The translations under genes and the position numbers were made by a program. The notes under the pieces are model-generated. The model saw only the letters and a program-made list of their open reading frames with translations. It did not search any database and had not been told where the DNA came from. 11,419 nt of DNA from a virus. Taxonomy: Duplodnaviria > Heunggongvirae > Uroviricota > Caudoviricetes. The DNA lies in the IMG/VR virus record IMGVR_UViG_2648501437_000008; one strand, given 5' to 3'. Shown one piece after another: positions 1 to 7,556 of the stretch. Every line of letters starts with the position of its first letter. The first letter of the stretch is position 1.

Positions 1-253
1 CCTGTGGGCCTGCCGGGCCTGCCGCACCGGTATCTCCCTTTGGACCCTGTGGACCTGCATTTCCCGTCAGACCGGTCTCTCCCCGCTCTCCCCTGTCACC
101 TTTCGGCCCCTGCGGGCCTGCCGGACCAGCATCACCTGCCGGTCCCCGCTCACCGGTTGCCCCGACAGGACCGGTGTCACCACGCTCTCCCTTATCACCC
201 TTCGGCCCCTGAGGACCCGCGGGCCCCGGTTCCCCCTTTGGCCCGGGAGGTCC
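1..253 (-). repeat. Collagen-like Gly-X-Y triplet repeat region inside stf (at least 28 consecutive triplets, continuing past the window edge)
   Basis: Minus-strand translation of 253..2 reads [84 protein letters not shown]. At DNA level this gives short direct repeats such as gggcctgccg gggcctgccg near 8..25. Confidence 0.8.
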
Positions 254-1003
254 CACCACGATGGGGATTCGGTTTACGGCCTCTTCCGCCGCTATCCTGC
301 TTTGTTCCGCTGACTGTGCGCTTTCTGCTGACTCCCGGGCTTTTTCTGCTGCGGTCGTTGCATCCCTGGATGCATTACCGGCTGCACTTTCTGCCGTCTT
401 TCTTGACAATTCAGCTTCTGCTGCACTTTGTGATGACTCACTGGCTTTTTGAGCGGCCGCAGAAGCCGAGGACGAGGACGCATCCTCTGACTGCTTTGCT
501 GAGGCTGCACTTTCTGCCGCCTGCCGGGCTGACTCCGATGCATCCCCTGCTGAAGTGTCAGCATTTGCAGCGCTCGCTTCCGCCTGACTGGCTGATATGC
601 CGGCATTCCTCGCTGACGTCTCCGCCTCTCCGGCATTCTTCTTCGCCTCCTCAGCGTGACGCGCCACCTCTTCCACCATCAGTTCAAAACGGCGCAGTGC
701 CTCCGGCCGGACATCATCCTCCGTCATTGCACCGAGGAAATCATTCAGTGTGCCCGGCTTTGAGTCCTCATACACGGTGATAATCCCGGCATGTGACGGC
801 GGAAATCCCTCCACCAACAGAATGACGCTGTACTGACCGTACTCAACGTCCATGCTGTAACGACCGGCTTCATCCGGATTTTCAGAGGCCACCGTGTTCA
901 CCACCACCGTGCTGCTGGTCCGTCTGGCCTTCAGCTGAATGGTGCAGTTCTCTACCGGTTTTCCTGTGCCGTCTTTCAGTACACCTGAAATCTTTACTGC
1001 CAT
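1..1003 (-). CDS. stf: Side tail fibre protein Stf, N-terminal ~334 codons; the 3' end of the gene lies beyond the window start
   Basis: ATG at 1003..1001 preceded by GGGGTGA Shine-Dalgarno-like motif. Manual translation of the minus strand gives [62 protein letters not shown]..., which matches my recollection of the lambda Stf N-terminus. It continues into an Ala/Ser/Glu-rich low-complexity segment and then uninterrupted Gly-X-Y triplets, open to the window edge. Absent from the ORF track because no stop lies inside the window. Confidence 0.85.
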   Translation of the reverse strand, partial: MAVKISGVLKDGTGKPVENCTIQLKARRTSSTVVVNTVASENPDEAGRYSMDVEYGQYSVILLVEGFPPSHAGIITVYEDSKPGTLNDFLGAMTEDDVRPEALRRFELMVEEVARHAEEAKKNAGEAETSARNAGISASQAEASAANADTSAGDASESARQAAESAASAKQSEDASSSSASAAAQKASESSQSAAEAELSRKTAESAAGNASRDATTAAEKARESAESAQSAEQSRIAAEEAVNRIPIVVGPPGPKGEPGPAGPQGPKGDKGERGDTGPVGATGERGPAGDAGPAGPQGPKGDRGERGETGLTGNAGPQGPKGDTGAAGPAGPQ

Positions 1004-1014
1004 ATTCACCCCAC

Positions 1015-1040
1015 AAAAAAGCCCGCCTGAACCGGCGGGC
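1015..1040 (-). terminator. Rho-independent terminator downstream of lom, between lom and stf
   Basis: Perfect 7-bp GC-rich inverted repeat: gcccgcc (1021..1027), 6-nt loop tgaacc, ggcgggc (1034..1040). On the minus-strand RNA the stem is followed directly by UUUUUU (plus-strand aaaaaa at 1015..1020). The plus-strand side has no U tract after the stem, so it is unidirectional for the minus strand. Confidence 0.75.
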
Positions 1041-1067
1041 TGTCATAACACTGTGTTACCTGGCTAA

Positions 1068-1667
1068 TCAGAATTTATAACCGACACCCACGATGAAACC
1101 GTCAGTGCGCCAGTCGCCACTGCCGGAGCCTTCATAAGCAATATCAACGGCCACGGATTCGGTCGGGTTAAACTGCACGCCAGCTCCCCACGCCAGAGAG
1201 GTGTCGCTGTGGCGACCGTCATCACTTCCGGTCAGCACATCGTGCGTTTTCCCCTTGTTGTCAGTTACGCGAAGATAATCCCCGGAGAAAGTCGACACAC
1301 GGCTGTAAGCCACACCCGCCATCGCATACGCGCTGAACCATTCATTCACGCGCACAGACGGCCCCGCCATTACGCTGAACCAGCGGTTACGCACGGAATC
1401 TTCATGCCAGCGGGTATCGCTGTAACGGGTAAGCTGGCGATTCTTGTCTCCTGCATAGCTGAATGACGTCACCAGCCCCAGCGTGTCCGTAAATTCATAA
1501 CGGTATTTCACGTTAATCCCGTTAAGATTATCGCTACCGGGAGCGTTCGTCCGGGCATGAAGATACCCCGCGCTCAGTGTGGACTGATGTTCAGACGCCC
1601 ATGCAGGCGCACCGGATACGGACAGACAGATGGCTGCGGACAAAATGGCTGCACAAACTTTACGCAT
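1068..1667 (-). CDS. lom: Outer membrane protein Lom (Ail/Lom/OmpX-family beta-barrel), a lysogenic-conversion moron
   Basis: 199-aa ORF with an N-terminal signal peptide ([24 protein letters not shown]) and C-terminus ...[25 protein letters not shown] ending in aromatic Phe, as expected for an outer membrane beta-barrel. Matches my recollection of lambda Lom. ATG at 1667..1665 with GAGAGG Shine-Dalgarno 5 nt upstream. Position immediately downstream of J is syntenic with lambda. Confidence 0.93.
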
Positions 1668-1695
1668 AATTACCTCTCGCTTTTCTGCAATAAAA

Positions 1696-1723
1696 AAGGC
1701 ACCATTCCTGACGCCACTTATAG
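1696..1723 (-). other. Weak hairpin plus U-tract in the J-lom spacer (possible leaky terminator or RNA structure)
   Basis: Minus-strand RNA reads GGCGUC-AGGAAU-GGUGCC-UUUUUUAUU: a 6-bp stem with two G-U wobbles followed by six U. Much weaker than the terminator after lom. Confidence 0.25.
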
Positions 1724-1737
1724 GGGTTATAAAAATT

Positions 1738-4700
1738 TCAACGAATACTGATGCCGGAAGCGGCTTTTTTGGTCACAATCACCGTACAGTCGGTGATATT
1801 ACCTGCCCACTGATTGCCTTTATGGAAAACCTTAAACTCCAGAGTGACGCTACCACCACCACTAGACATATCAATAACCGCACTGTAACTACCGGGAATG
1901 GCCCCTTTAGTTTCTCTGGATGCGATTAATACACCGTTTTTGCGAACTTCAAAACCATAACCCGTGTAACTTGTACCTCCCGGGTTATTACCACTTCCCG
2001 GATAGCTATACGCTATTCCGTTAAAGATAATGGGCGGAATAATGATTTGACGGTCAAAGTTATGATCATCACTGATGGTGACTGTAACCGTCCCGTTTGG
2101 TGTTTCCGTGTTACCCCACGTACCAGCCTGTTTCGGAAATGATTTGGATACAGCTTTAACGAAATCACCTCTGACCTGAGTCGCCTCCAGCATGCCCTTA
2201 ATCGTACAGTTTTCATTTACCGTGACATTGTTGAGCGTCCCGGCGTTCGCATTCACACTGCCACTGATATCCGCATTTTTAGCAGTCAGCTTTCCGTCTG
2301 ATGTCAGGGAAAATGCCGGTGGATTGCCACCGCTGGTAATGGTGGGGGCCGTCAGGCGCTTCAGGAACACGTCGTTCATGAATATCTGGTTGCCCTGCGC
2401 CACAAACATCGGCGTTTCATTCCCGTTTGCCGGGTCAATAAACGCGATACGGTTAGCGGCAACCAGAAACTGGCTCAGCTTGCCTTCCTCCGTGTCCTCC
2501 ATGCTGAGACCAATACCCGCGACATAATGTTTGCCGTCTTTGGTCTGCTCAATTTTGACGCCCCACATGGCATTCCACTTATCGTTAGCGTCCTTCCACT
2601 CTTTCGAAAACTCCTCCAGTTTGCTGGCGTTATCCTCCGTCAGCTCGACTTTTTCCAGCAGCTCCTTGCCGAGATGGGATTCGGTTATCTTGCCTTTGAA
2701 AAAATCCAGGTAACCTTCCGCATCATCGCTCGCCCGACCGACGGCCTCCACGAATGCCGATTTGCCAACGGTGTTCACACTGCGGATATAAAAGTAATAA
2801 TCATGGCCCGGTTTGATATTGATACTGGCGGCTATCCAGTACAGCCCCGTGCCAAGGTAGCGGGCTGTGGTTTCAACCTGCCTGATATCGGTAATCCGCT
2901 TTTCCGAGAACCAGAACTCAAACTGTACCGTCGGATCATAAACAGCAAGATGCGGCGTCGCAGTTATCTGAAAATAGCCCGGCGTCAGCTCAATAGTGAC
3001 AGGCGCTGCCGGTGCCGCAATCCGGAACGATACCGATGCCGGATCGCCCTGCTGCCCCCACGCATTTACCGCCCGGACTGTCAGCCTGTAACGCCCCAGC
3101 GCCAGTTGCGTGAAGCGGTATGTGGTTTCCGTCGTCCGGGCCGTGCTGACCAGCCGCTCACTGCCGTCATCCGCGGCCACGGTCAGACGAAGCAGAAAAC
3201 TCACCCCCTTCACCACCTTCGGCGTGTCCCAGCGCGCCAGCACCTGATACTCCCCGCTGTCTGCGGTGACTTCGGCAGTCAGGTGCTGCACCGCTGGCGG
3301 CGTGACACCATTCACCGTGCCACTCTGGTCGCCGTCAAAGTGCGCCCCGTTATCCACGATGGCCTCTTTTTCCGGCACATGCTGCACGGCGGTGACAGCA
3401 TACGTGCCGTCGTCGTTCTCACGGACACTCACGCAGCGGAACAGGCGCTGGCGCAACGTCGGCAGCTTCAGCCCCCATACGCTGTATTCAGCAACACCGT
3501 CAGGAACACGGCTCACTTTTACCTTCACGCCGTCGGTGACGGACTGAACCTCCACGCTGACCGGATTGCCACTTCCGTCAACCAGGCTTATCAGCGTGGT
3601 ACCGGAGGATGGCAGCGTGATTTCACGGTCGAGCGTCAGCGTCCGGGTCTGGCTGTTCACCGCCAGCACACGACCACCGGTGCTGATACCGGCATAGTCA
3701 TCATCACAGATTTCAATGACATCGCCCGGCACATGGCGAAGCCCTTCGGCACCCACGCAGAAGTCCACGGTCTGCGTTTCCAGCAGTTCTGTTTTAATCA
3801 GCCACAGCCCGGCGCGGTGCGCCTGCCCCCGGCTGGTACAGCCAAAAGCATCCATCTTCGTGACGTTACGACCGTAACGGACAATGGCCTGCGTATCCTC
3901 AACAAGCTCTGTCGCCGTCTCCCAGCCGTTATCCGGGTCAATCCAGTTCACCTCAACGGCATTATGGCGGTCTTTCAGGGCGCTAAAGCTGTAGCGGAAC
4001 GGCGCGCCATCATCCGGCATCACCACATTACTGCGGTTATAGGTCCACACCTTATCCGACGGCCGGTCCTGCACGAACGTCAGCGTCTGCCCGTTCCATA
4101 CCGGCATACAGCGCATCGCCGAGCAGAAATCACTGAGCACATCCCACGCCTTGCGCTGTGTGGTCAGGTACGCATTACAGGTGATGCGCGGCTCCGTGCC
4201 GCCAAAGCCGTCCGGCACCGACTGGTCGCAGTACTGGCCGATGACATACAGCGCCCATTTATCCACATCCGCCGCACCAAGACGTTTCCCCATGCCGTAG
4301 CGCGGGTGGGTCAGCATATCCCACAGACACCAGGCCATGTTGTCGCTGTACGCTGGCTTAAACGTTCCGTCCCAGATACCGCTGTATTGCCGCGTCTGCG
4401 GGTCATAGTTCGACGGCACCTGCAGAATGCGCCCGCGAAGATGATAATTACGGCTCACCTGCTGGCTGCCGAACTGCTCAGAGTCCACCTGCACGCCGAC
4501 CAGTGCCGTGTTCGGGTAGCACTGTTTCACATCGATGATTTCGGTATACGAGGACCAGATTGTTTTGTTCTGCAGCTGGTCTGTGGTGCTGTCCGGCGTC
4601 ATCCTGCGCATCCTGATACTGAACGGTCGCGGCGGCAGCTTATCCACCACCACCGAGGCCAGATACTGTGAGGTGGTTTTGCCCTTAATGGTGATGTCTT

Positions 4701-5151
4701 TTTCCGTCACCCAGCCACCATTACGTTGTATCTGAACCAGCAGGCGAACTTCCGACGGATTCCGGTCCCCCTTTGAAGTGGTTTCCACCAGTGCCTGCAC
4801 ACCGAAGGTCAGGCGCAGACGGTCGATGTTTGCCGACGTGATGGTCCGGGTGAGCGGATTGTCATATTTTAATTCTGCACCGATAACGGTTTCTGAACCG
4901 GAGGATTCAAATCCCTCCGGCGGTGTCTGCTCCTGCTCACCTGCCCGGAACACCACCGTGACACCGGAGATATTGGTATTCCCCTCACTGTCCAGCACTG
5001 GCGTACTGTTCAGCAGCACACTTTTTAATCCATCCACCGGACCTTCAATCGGCCCTTCACTGATGGCGTCTATCACGCTCAGCAGCTGGGATGATTTCAG
5101 GTTGTCCTTCGCTTCGCGCGGGGTATGCCCCTTACTGCTGCCTTTACCCAT
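1738..5151 (-). CDS. J: Tail tip / host specificity protein J (central tail fibre), about 1137 aa
   Basis: Translation from ATG 5151..5149 ([20 protein letters not shown]...) matches the lambda J N-terminus and most of its length as I recall it. GGAG Shine-Dalgarno 8 nt upstream. The track start at 5196 is a GTG further upstream and is rejected. Stop TGA at 1740..1738. The C-terminal ~150 aa differ from lambda J. Confidence 0.93.
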   Translation of the reverse strand: MGKGSSKGHTPREAKDNLKSSQLLSVIDAISEGPIEGPVDGLKSVLLNSTPVLDSEGNTNISGVTVVFRAGEQEQTPPEGFESSGSETVIGAELKYDNPLTRTITSANIDRLRLTFGVQALVETTSKGDRNPSEVRLLVQIQRNGGWVTEKDITIKGKTTSQYLASVVVDKLPPRPFSIRMRRMTPDSTTDQLQNKTIWSSYTEIIDVKQCYPNTALVGVQVDSEQFGSQQVSRNYHLRGRILQVPSNYDPQTRQYSGIWDGTFKPAYSDNMAWCLWDMLTHPRYGMGKRLGAADVDKWALYVIGQYCDQSVPDGFGGTEPRITCNAYLTTQRKAWDVLSDFCSAMRCMPVWNGQTLTFVQDRPSDKVWTYNRSNVVMPDDGAPFRYSFSALKDRHNAVEVNWIDPDNGWETATELVEDTQAIVRYGRNVTKMDAFGCTSRGQAHRAGLWLIKTELLETQTVDFCVGAEGLRHVPGDVIEICDDDYAGISTGGRVLAVNSQTRTLTLDREITLPSSGTTLISLVDGSGNPVSVEVQSVTDGVKVKVSRVPDGVAEYSVWGLKLPTLRQRLFRCVSVRENDDGTYAVTAVQHVPEKEAIVDNGAHFDGDQSGTVNGVTPPAVQHLTAEVTADSGEYQVLARWDTPKVVKGVSFLLRLTVAADDGSERLVSTARTTETTYRFTQLALGRYRLTVRAVNAWGQQGDPASVSFRIAAPAAPVTIELTPGYFQITATPHLAVYDPTVQFEFWFSEKRITDIRQVETTARYLGTGLYWIAASINIKPGHDYYFYIRSVNTVGKSAFVEAVGRASDDAEGYLDFFKGKITESHLGKELLEKVELTEDNASKLEEFSKEWKDANDKWNAMWGVKIEQTKDGKHYVAGIGLSMEDTEEGKLSQFLVAANRIAFIDPANGNETPMFVAQGNQIFMNDVFLKRLTAPTITSGGNPPAFSLTSDGKLTAKNADISGSVNANAGTLNNVTVNENCTIKGMLEATQVRGDFVKAVSKSFPKQAGTWGNTETPNGTVTVTISDDHNFDRQIIIPPIIFNGIAYSYPGSGNNPGGTSYTGYGFEVRKNGVLIASRETKGAIPGSYSAVIDMSSGGGSVTLEFKVFHKGNQWAGNITDCTVIVTKKAASGISIR

Positions 5152-5173
5152 TCCTCTCGCTCCAGAAACGACA

Positions 5174-5193
5174 AAACCGCCCTGAGGCGGTTT
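5174..5193 (-). other. Perfect 8-bp stem-loop in the I-J intergenic spacer
   Basis: Plus strand aaaccgcc (5174..5181), loop ctga, ggcggttt (5186..5193); an exact inverted repeat. On the minus-strand RNA the stem is followed by UGUCGUUUCU and then the J Shine-Dalgarno and start codon. Confidence 0.4.
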
Positions 5194-5211
5194 CACATAA
5201 AACGTTTTTCA

Positions 5212-5883
5212 TCAACGACCAATCACCACAACCTGACCACCGTCCCCCTCGTCTGCCGTGCTAATCTCCTGAGAGACAACACGTGACCCCACGCGCATTT
5301 CACCGTACAGAACAGGCAGAACATTGCCCTGGGCAACCATGTTATCCAGTGACGAGAAATACGTGTTCTGCTTACCGTTATCCGTTGTTTGTGTGCGGGG
5401 AGTTCTTGGTTTAGGGGCCAGCATCTGCGCCACACCACCGAGCACCATACTGGCACCGAGAGAAAACAGGATGCCGGTCATACCACCGGCCCCAATGGCT
5501 GCCCCCCATGCTGCAAGGGTGGCTCCGGCGGTAAAGAATGATCCGGCAATGGCGGCTGCTCCCAGGACAATCTGGAATACACCACCTGACTTGGCCCCGG
5601 CGACTCTGGGAACAATATGAATCACAGCGCCATCAGGCAGAGTCTCATGTAACTGCGCCGTTAATCCGGACGTGCTGACATCCTGCCCGGCAATCCGTAC
5701 CTGATACCAGCCGTCGCTCAGTTTCTGGCGAAACGACGGAAGCTGCGTGGCCAGCGCCCGGATGGCTTCAGCCCCCGTTTTCACACGAAGGCCGATGCGG
5801 CGGCCAAATCGTTGTAAATCCCCGTAAAGGCAGATGCGTGCCATGCCCGGTGACGCCAGAGGGAGTGTGTGCGTCGCTGCCAT
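5212..5883 (-). CDS. I: Tail assembly protein I (tail tip assembly), 223 aa
   Basis: ATG at 5883..5881. Translation MAATHTLPLASPGMARICLYGDLQRFGRR...GGQVVVIGR is near-identical to lambda gpI as I recall it. Its start overlaps the 3' end of K by 103 nt in a different frame, as in lambda. Confidence 0.93.
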   Translation of the reverse strand: MAATHTLPLASPGMARICLYGDLQRFGRRIGLRVKTGAEAIRALATQLPSFRQKLSDGWYQVRIAGQDVSTSGLTAQLHETLPDGAVIHIVPRVAGAKSGGVFQIVLGAAAIAGSFFTAGATLAAWGAAIGAGGMTGILFSLGASMVLGGVAQMLAPKPRTPRTQTTDNGKQNTYFSSLDNMVAQGNVLPVLYGEMRVGSRVVSQEISTADEGDGGQVVVIGR

Positions 5884-6524
5884 TTGTCGGTATACCTCTC
5901 TCGTTTGCTCAGTTGTTCAGGAATATGGTGCAGCAGCTCGCCGTCACCACAGTAAATAGCGGCATGATTTGGCACCGATGAACCAAAACAGCACAGCAGC
6001 ACATCACCCGGTTGTACTGATGACAACGGCACCTGATACAGCCCTGTGGCCTCCAGATTATCCAGATAGAGATTCTGACCGTGACGCCACCAGTCATCCT
6101 CACGATGAAAATCCGGCATCTCAATCCCCGCCAGATGGTAAGCATCCCGGAACAGCGTGTAACAATCCGTCACCCCGTGCTCAAAGCGCCGCCCGGTGAG
6201 ATGTGGCACACAGCGGAACTTGTGAATCGCCCCCCGGCAGACCAGCCACCACGGCAAATCACTCTGCACCTGCAACCGCCGGTCAGCCTCACTCAGCCAG
6301 GGCAGACCACCGGGGTGGCTGTGGACCAGCGCCACAATCTCACCCTGCATCTCTGCCCGCAGCCAGTCCTCCGGCGACAGCCGGAAATAATCCTCCGGCT
6401 CACCGGAGATATTCACGCAGGGAAAATATCTTTCCCCCTCCGGCGTTCTCACCACGAAGCCGCACGACTCCGCTGGCGCACATCGCCGGGCGTGCGCCAG
6501 AATCGCTGATTCTGTCTCTGTCAT
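5781..6524 (-). CDS. K: Tail tip assembly protein K, with MPN/JAMM motif and NlpC/P60-like C-terminal region, about 247 aa
   Basis: Start chosen at ATG 6524..6522 (MTETESAILAHARRCAPAESCGFVV...), 4 nt after the L stop; the track start at 6566 is an upstream alternative. Intact JAMM motif H-x-H-x7-S-x2-D (HSHPGGLPWLSEAD) at about 6282..6323. Downstream Cys (..GVTDCYTLF..) and His (..NHAAIY..) residues consistent with an NlpC/P60-type fold. Matches lambda gpK. Confidence 0.9.
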   Translation of the reverse strand: MTETESAILAHARRCAPAESCGFVVRTPEGERYFPCVNISGEPEDYFRLSPEDWLRAEMQGEIVALVHSHPGGLPWLSEADRRLQVQSDLPWWLVCRGAIHKFRCVPHLTGRRFEHGVTDCYTLFRDAYHLAGIEMPDFHREDDWWRHGQNLYLDNLEATGLYQVPLSSVQPGDVLLCCFGSSVPNHAAIYCGDGELLHHIPEQLSKRERYTDKWQRRTHSLWRHRAWHASAFTGIYNDLAAASAFV

Positions 6525-6528
6525 GGAT

Positions 6529-7227
6529 TTACTGCGAAAGTTTGTTAATGGAAAGGAAACCGCCAAAGTTGCCGACGTTATTGCGAAACTTACAGCCGCT
6601 CAGGCATTTGCTGCATTTATCCTTCGTGATATCGGACGTCGGCTGGTCATATTCATCCGCGACCGCCGGACCGTGATAACCGCACTCATCACCGCGATAG
6701 GTCCAGGTACAGGTGTTGGCCAGCATGGTGCGCCCCGGAAAAACAGCGCCATCCGTTTCCGTCGGTGTGGACAGCACAAAGCTCGCGCTGACCGAGCTCA
6801 GTTCGCTGCACTGCTCAATGCGCCAGCGGCTGATCACCTCCTGCTCAGGATCGGCGTCACTGTTTCCGTTGACGAAATTCACCGCATCCAGAAAACGGGC
6901 GTAAACCTTACGCCTGACCACCGTTCCGCCGACCAGGCTCTGCAAATCTTCCACCATCCCGGTGACCATGCCGTGCAGATTAGAGACTTTCAGCGTTGGC
7001 CTGGCGCTGGCTCCTTTACCGTTCATCTCAAATCCGCTCCCCTGAATGGGGTACGCCTGATACTGTCGCCCCTGCCAGGTGACCGGCTCACCTTTTTCGT
7101 TCTGCTCATTGCAGAAAAAATAACGTTCTCCACCGACCTCTGTCAGATCGATTTCCCAGAGCACCACGCTGGCCGACTGCTCCGCACGGGTGCATTCATT
7201 CAGTGTTTCCTGCCGGATATCCTGCAT
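6529..7227 (-). CDS. L: Minor tail protein L (tail tip complex), 232 aa
   Basis: Translation MQDIRQETLNECTRAEQSASVVLWEIDLTEVGGERYFFCNEQNEKGEPVTWQGRQYQAYP... matches lambda gpL, including the Cys-rich C-terminus (CSKCLSGCKF). The ATG at 7227..7225 overlaps the M stop codon (ATGA). Confidence 0.93.
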   Translation of the reverse strand: MQDIRQETLNECTRAEQSASVVLWEIDLTEVGGERYFFCNEQNEKGEPVTWQGRQYQAYPIQGSGFEMNGKGASARPTLKVSNLHGMVTGMVEDLQSLVGGTVVRRKVYARFLDAVNFVNGNSDADPEQEVISRWRIEQCSELSSVSASFVLSTPTETDGAVFPGRTMLANTCTWTYRGDECGYHGPAVADEYDQPTSDITKDKCSKCLSGCKFRNNVGNFGGFLSINKLSQ

Positions 7228-7556
7228 CAGTTCACCACCTGTTCAAACTCTGCGCTGAACTCAACACGCAGCATACTGACCCGCGACGACCATTTTGCGC
7301 AGGTCACCTTTATCTGCCGCCACTCATAAGGCGGCGTCCACAGAAAGGCTTTCCAGCCCCCGTGCTCAGCCAGAAACGACTCCAGCGCCGTGGCCTCCCA
7401 ACGGGGAACAGAAAACGTCACGCTGTACGTTTTCAGGTTGGAATTCAGCCCGGCAGGCGCTCGCTGGGAATAGCCATCACCAAAGCGCACCTTTCTTACA
7501 GAAGGGGCCGAAGCCACATCCATACCGGGTTTCACTTTCCAGCGGAAGGTTTTCAT
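7227..7556 (-). CDS. M: Minor tail protein M, 109 aa
   Basis: Translation MKTFRWKVKPGMDVASAPSVRKVRFGDGYSQRAPAGLNSNLKTYSV... is near-identical to lambda gpM as recalled. ATG 7556..7554 overlaps the H stop (ATGA). GGAGG Shine-Dalgarno at 7567..7563, 6 nt upstream. Confidence 0.93.
   Translation of the reverse strand: MKTFRWKVKPGMDVASAPSVRKVRFGDGYSQRAPAGLNSNLKTYSVTFSVPRWEATALESFLAEHGGWKAFLWTPPYEWRQIKVTCAKWSSRVSMLRVEFSAEFEQVVN

Noticed and set aside
4-780. 258-aa plus-strand Pro/Leu-rich ORF, plus 261..452 (+) and 292..636 (-)
   Set aside because: Lie within the stf collagen-like and Ala/Ser-rich region; these are antisense or off-frame readings of low-complexity repeats. The genuine gene is the minus-strand stf ORF starting at 1003.
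1209-1929. Plus-strand ORFs 1209..1466, 1557..1751 and 1630..1929 overlapping lom and the J 3' end
   Set aside because: Antisense to lom and J, with no start context or recognisable protein features.
2527-4671. 714-aa plus-strand ORF, plus other plus-strand ORFs inside J (2192..2527, 3266..3547, 4535..4735, 4778..5185)
   Set aside because: Antisense to J. The 714-aa frame is the codon-aligned antisense frame, where stops arise only opposite sense codons TTA, CTA and TCA, which J avoids. The translation is Arg/His/Pro-rich and low-complexity with no plausible start context. Shadow ORF of a strongly codon-biased gene.
5152-5196. J start at 5196 as given in the ORF track
   Set aside because: It is a GTG that would run through the I-J hairpin. 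The ATG at 5151 has a GGAG Shine-Dalgarno and matches the lambda J N-terminus [20 protein letters not shown].
6203-7329. Plus-strand ORFs 6203..6676, 6523..7329, 6081..6509 and 5969..6199
   Set aside because: Antisense to the clearly identified K and L genes; no independent support and the same shadow-ORF effect.
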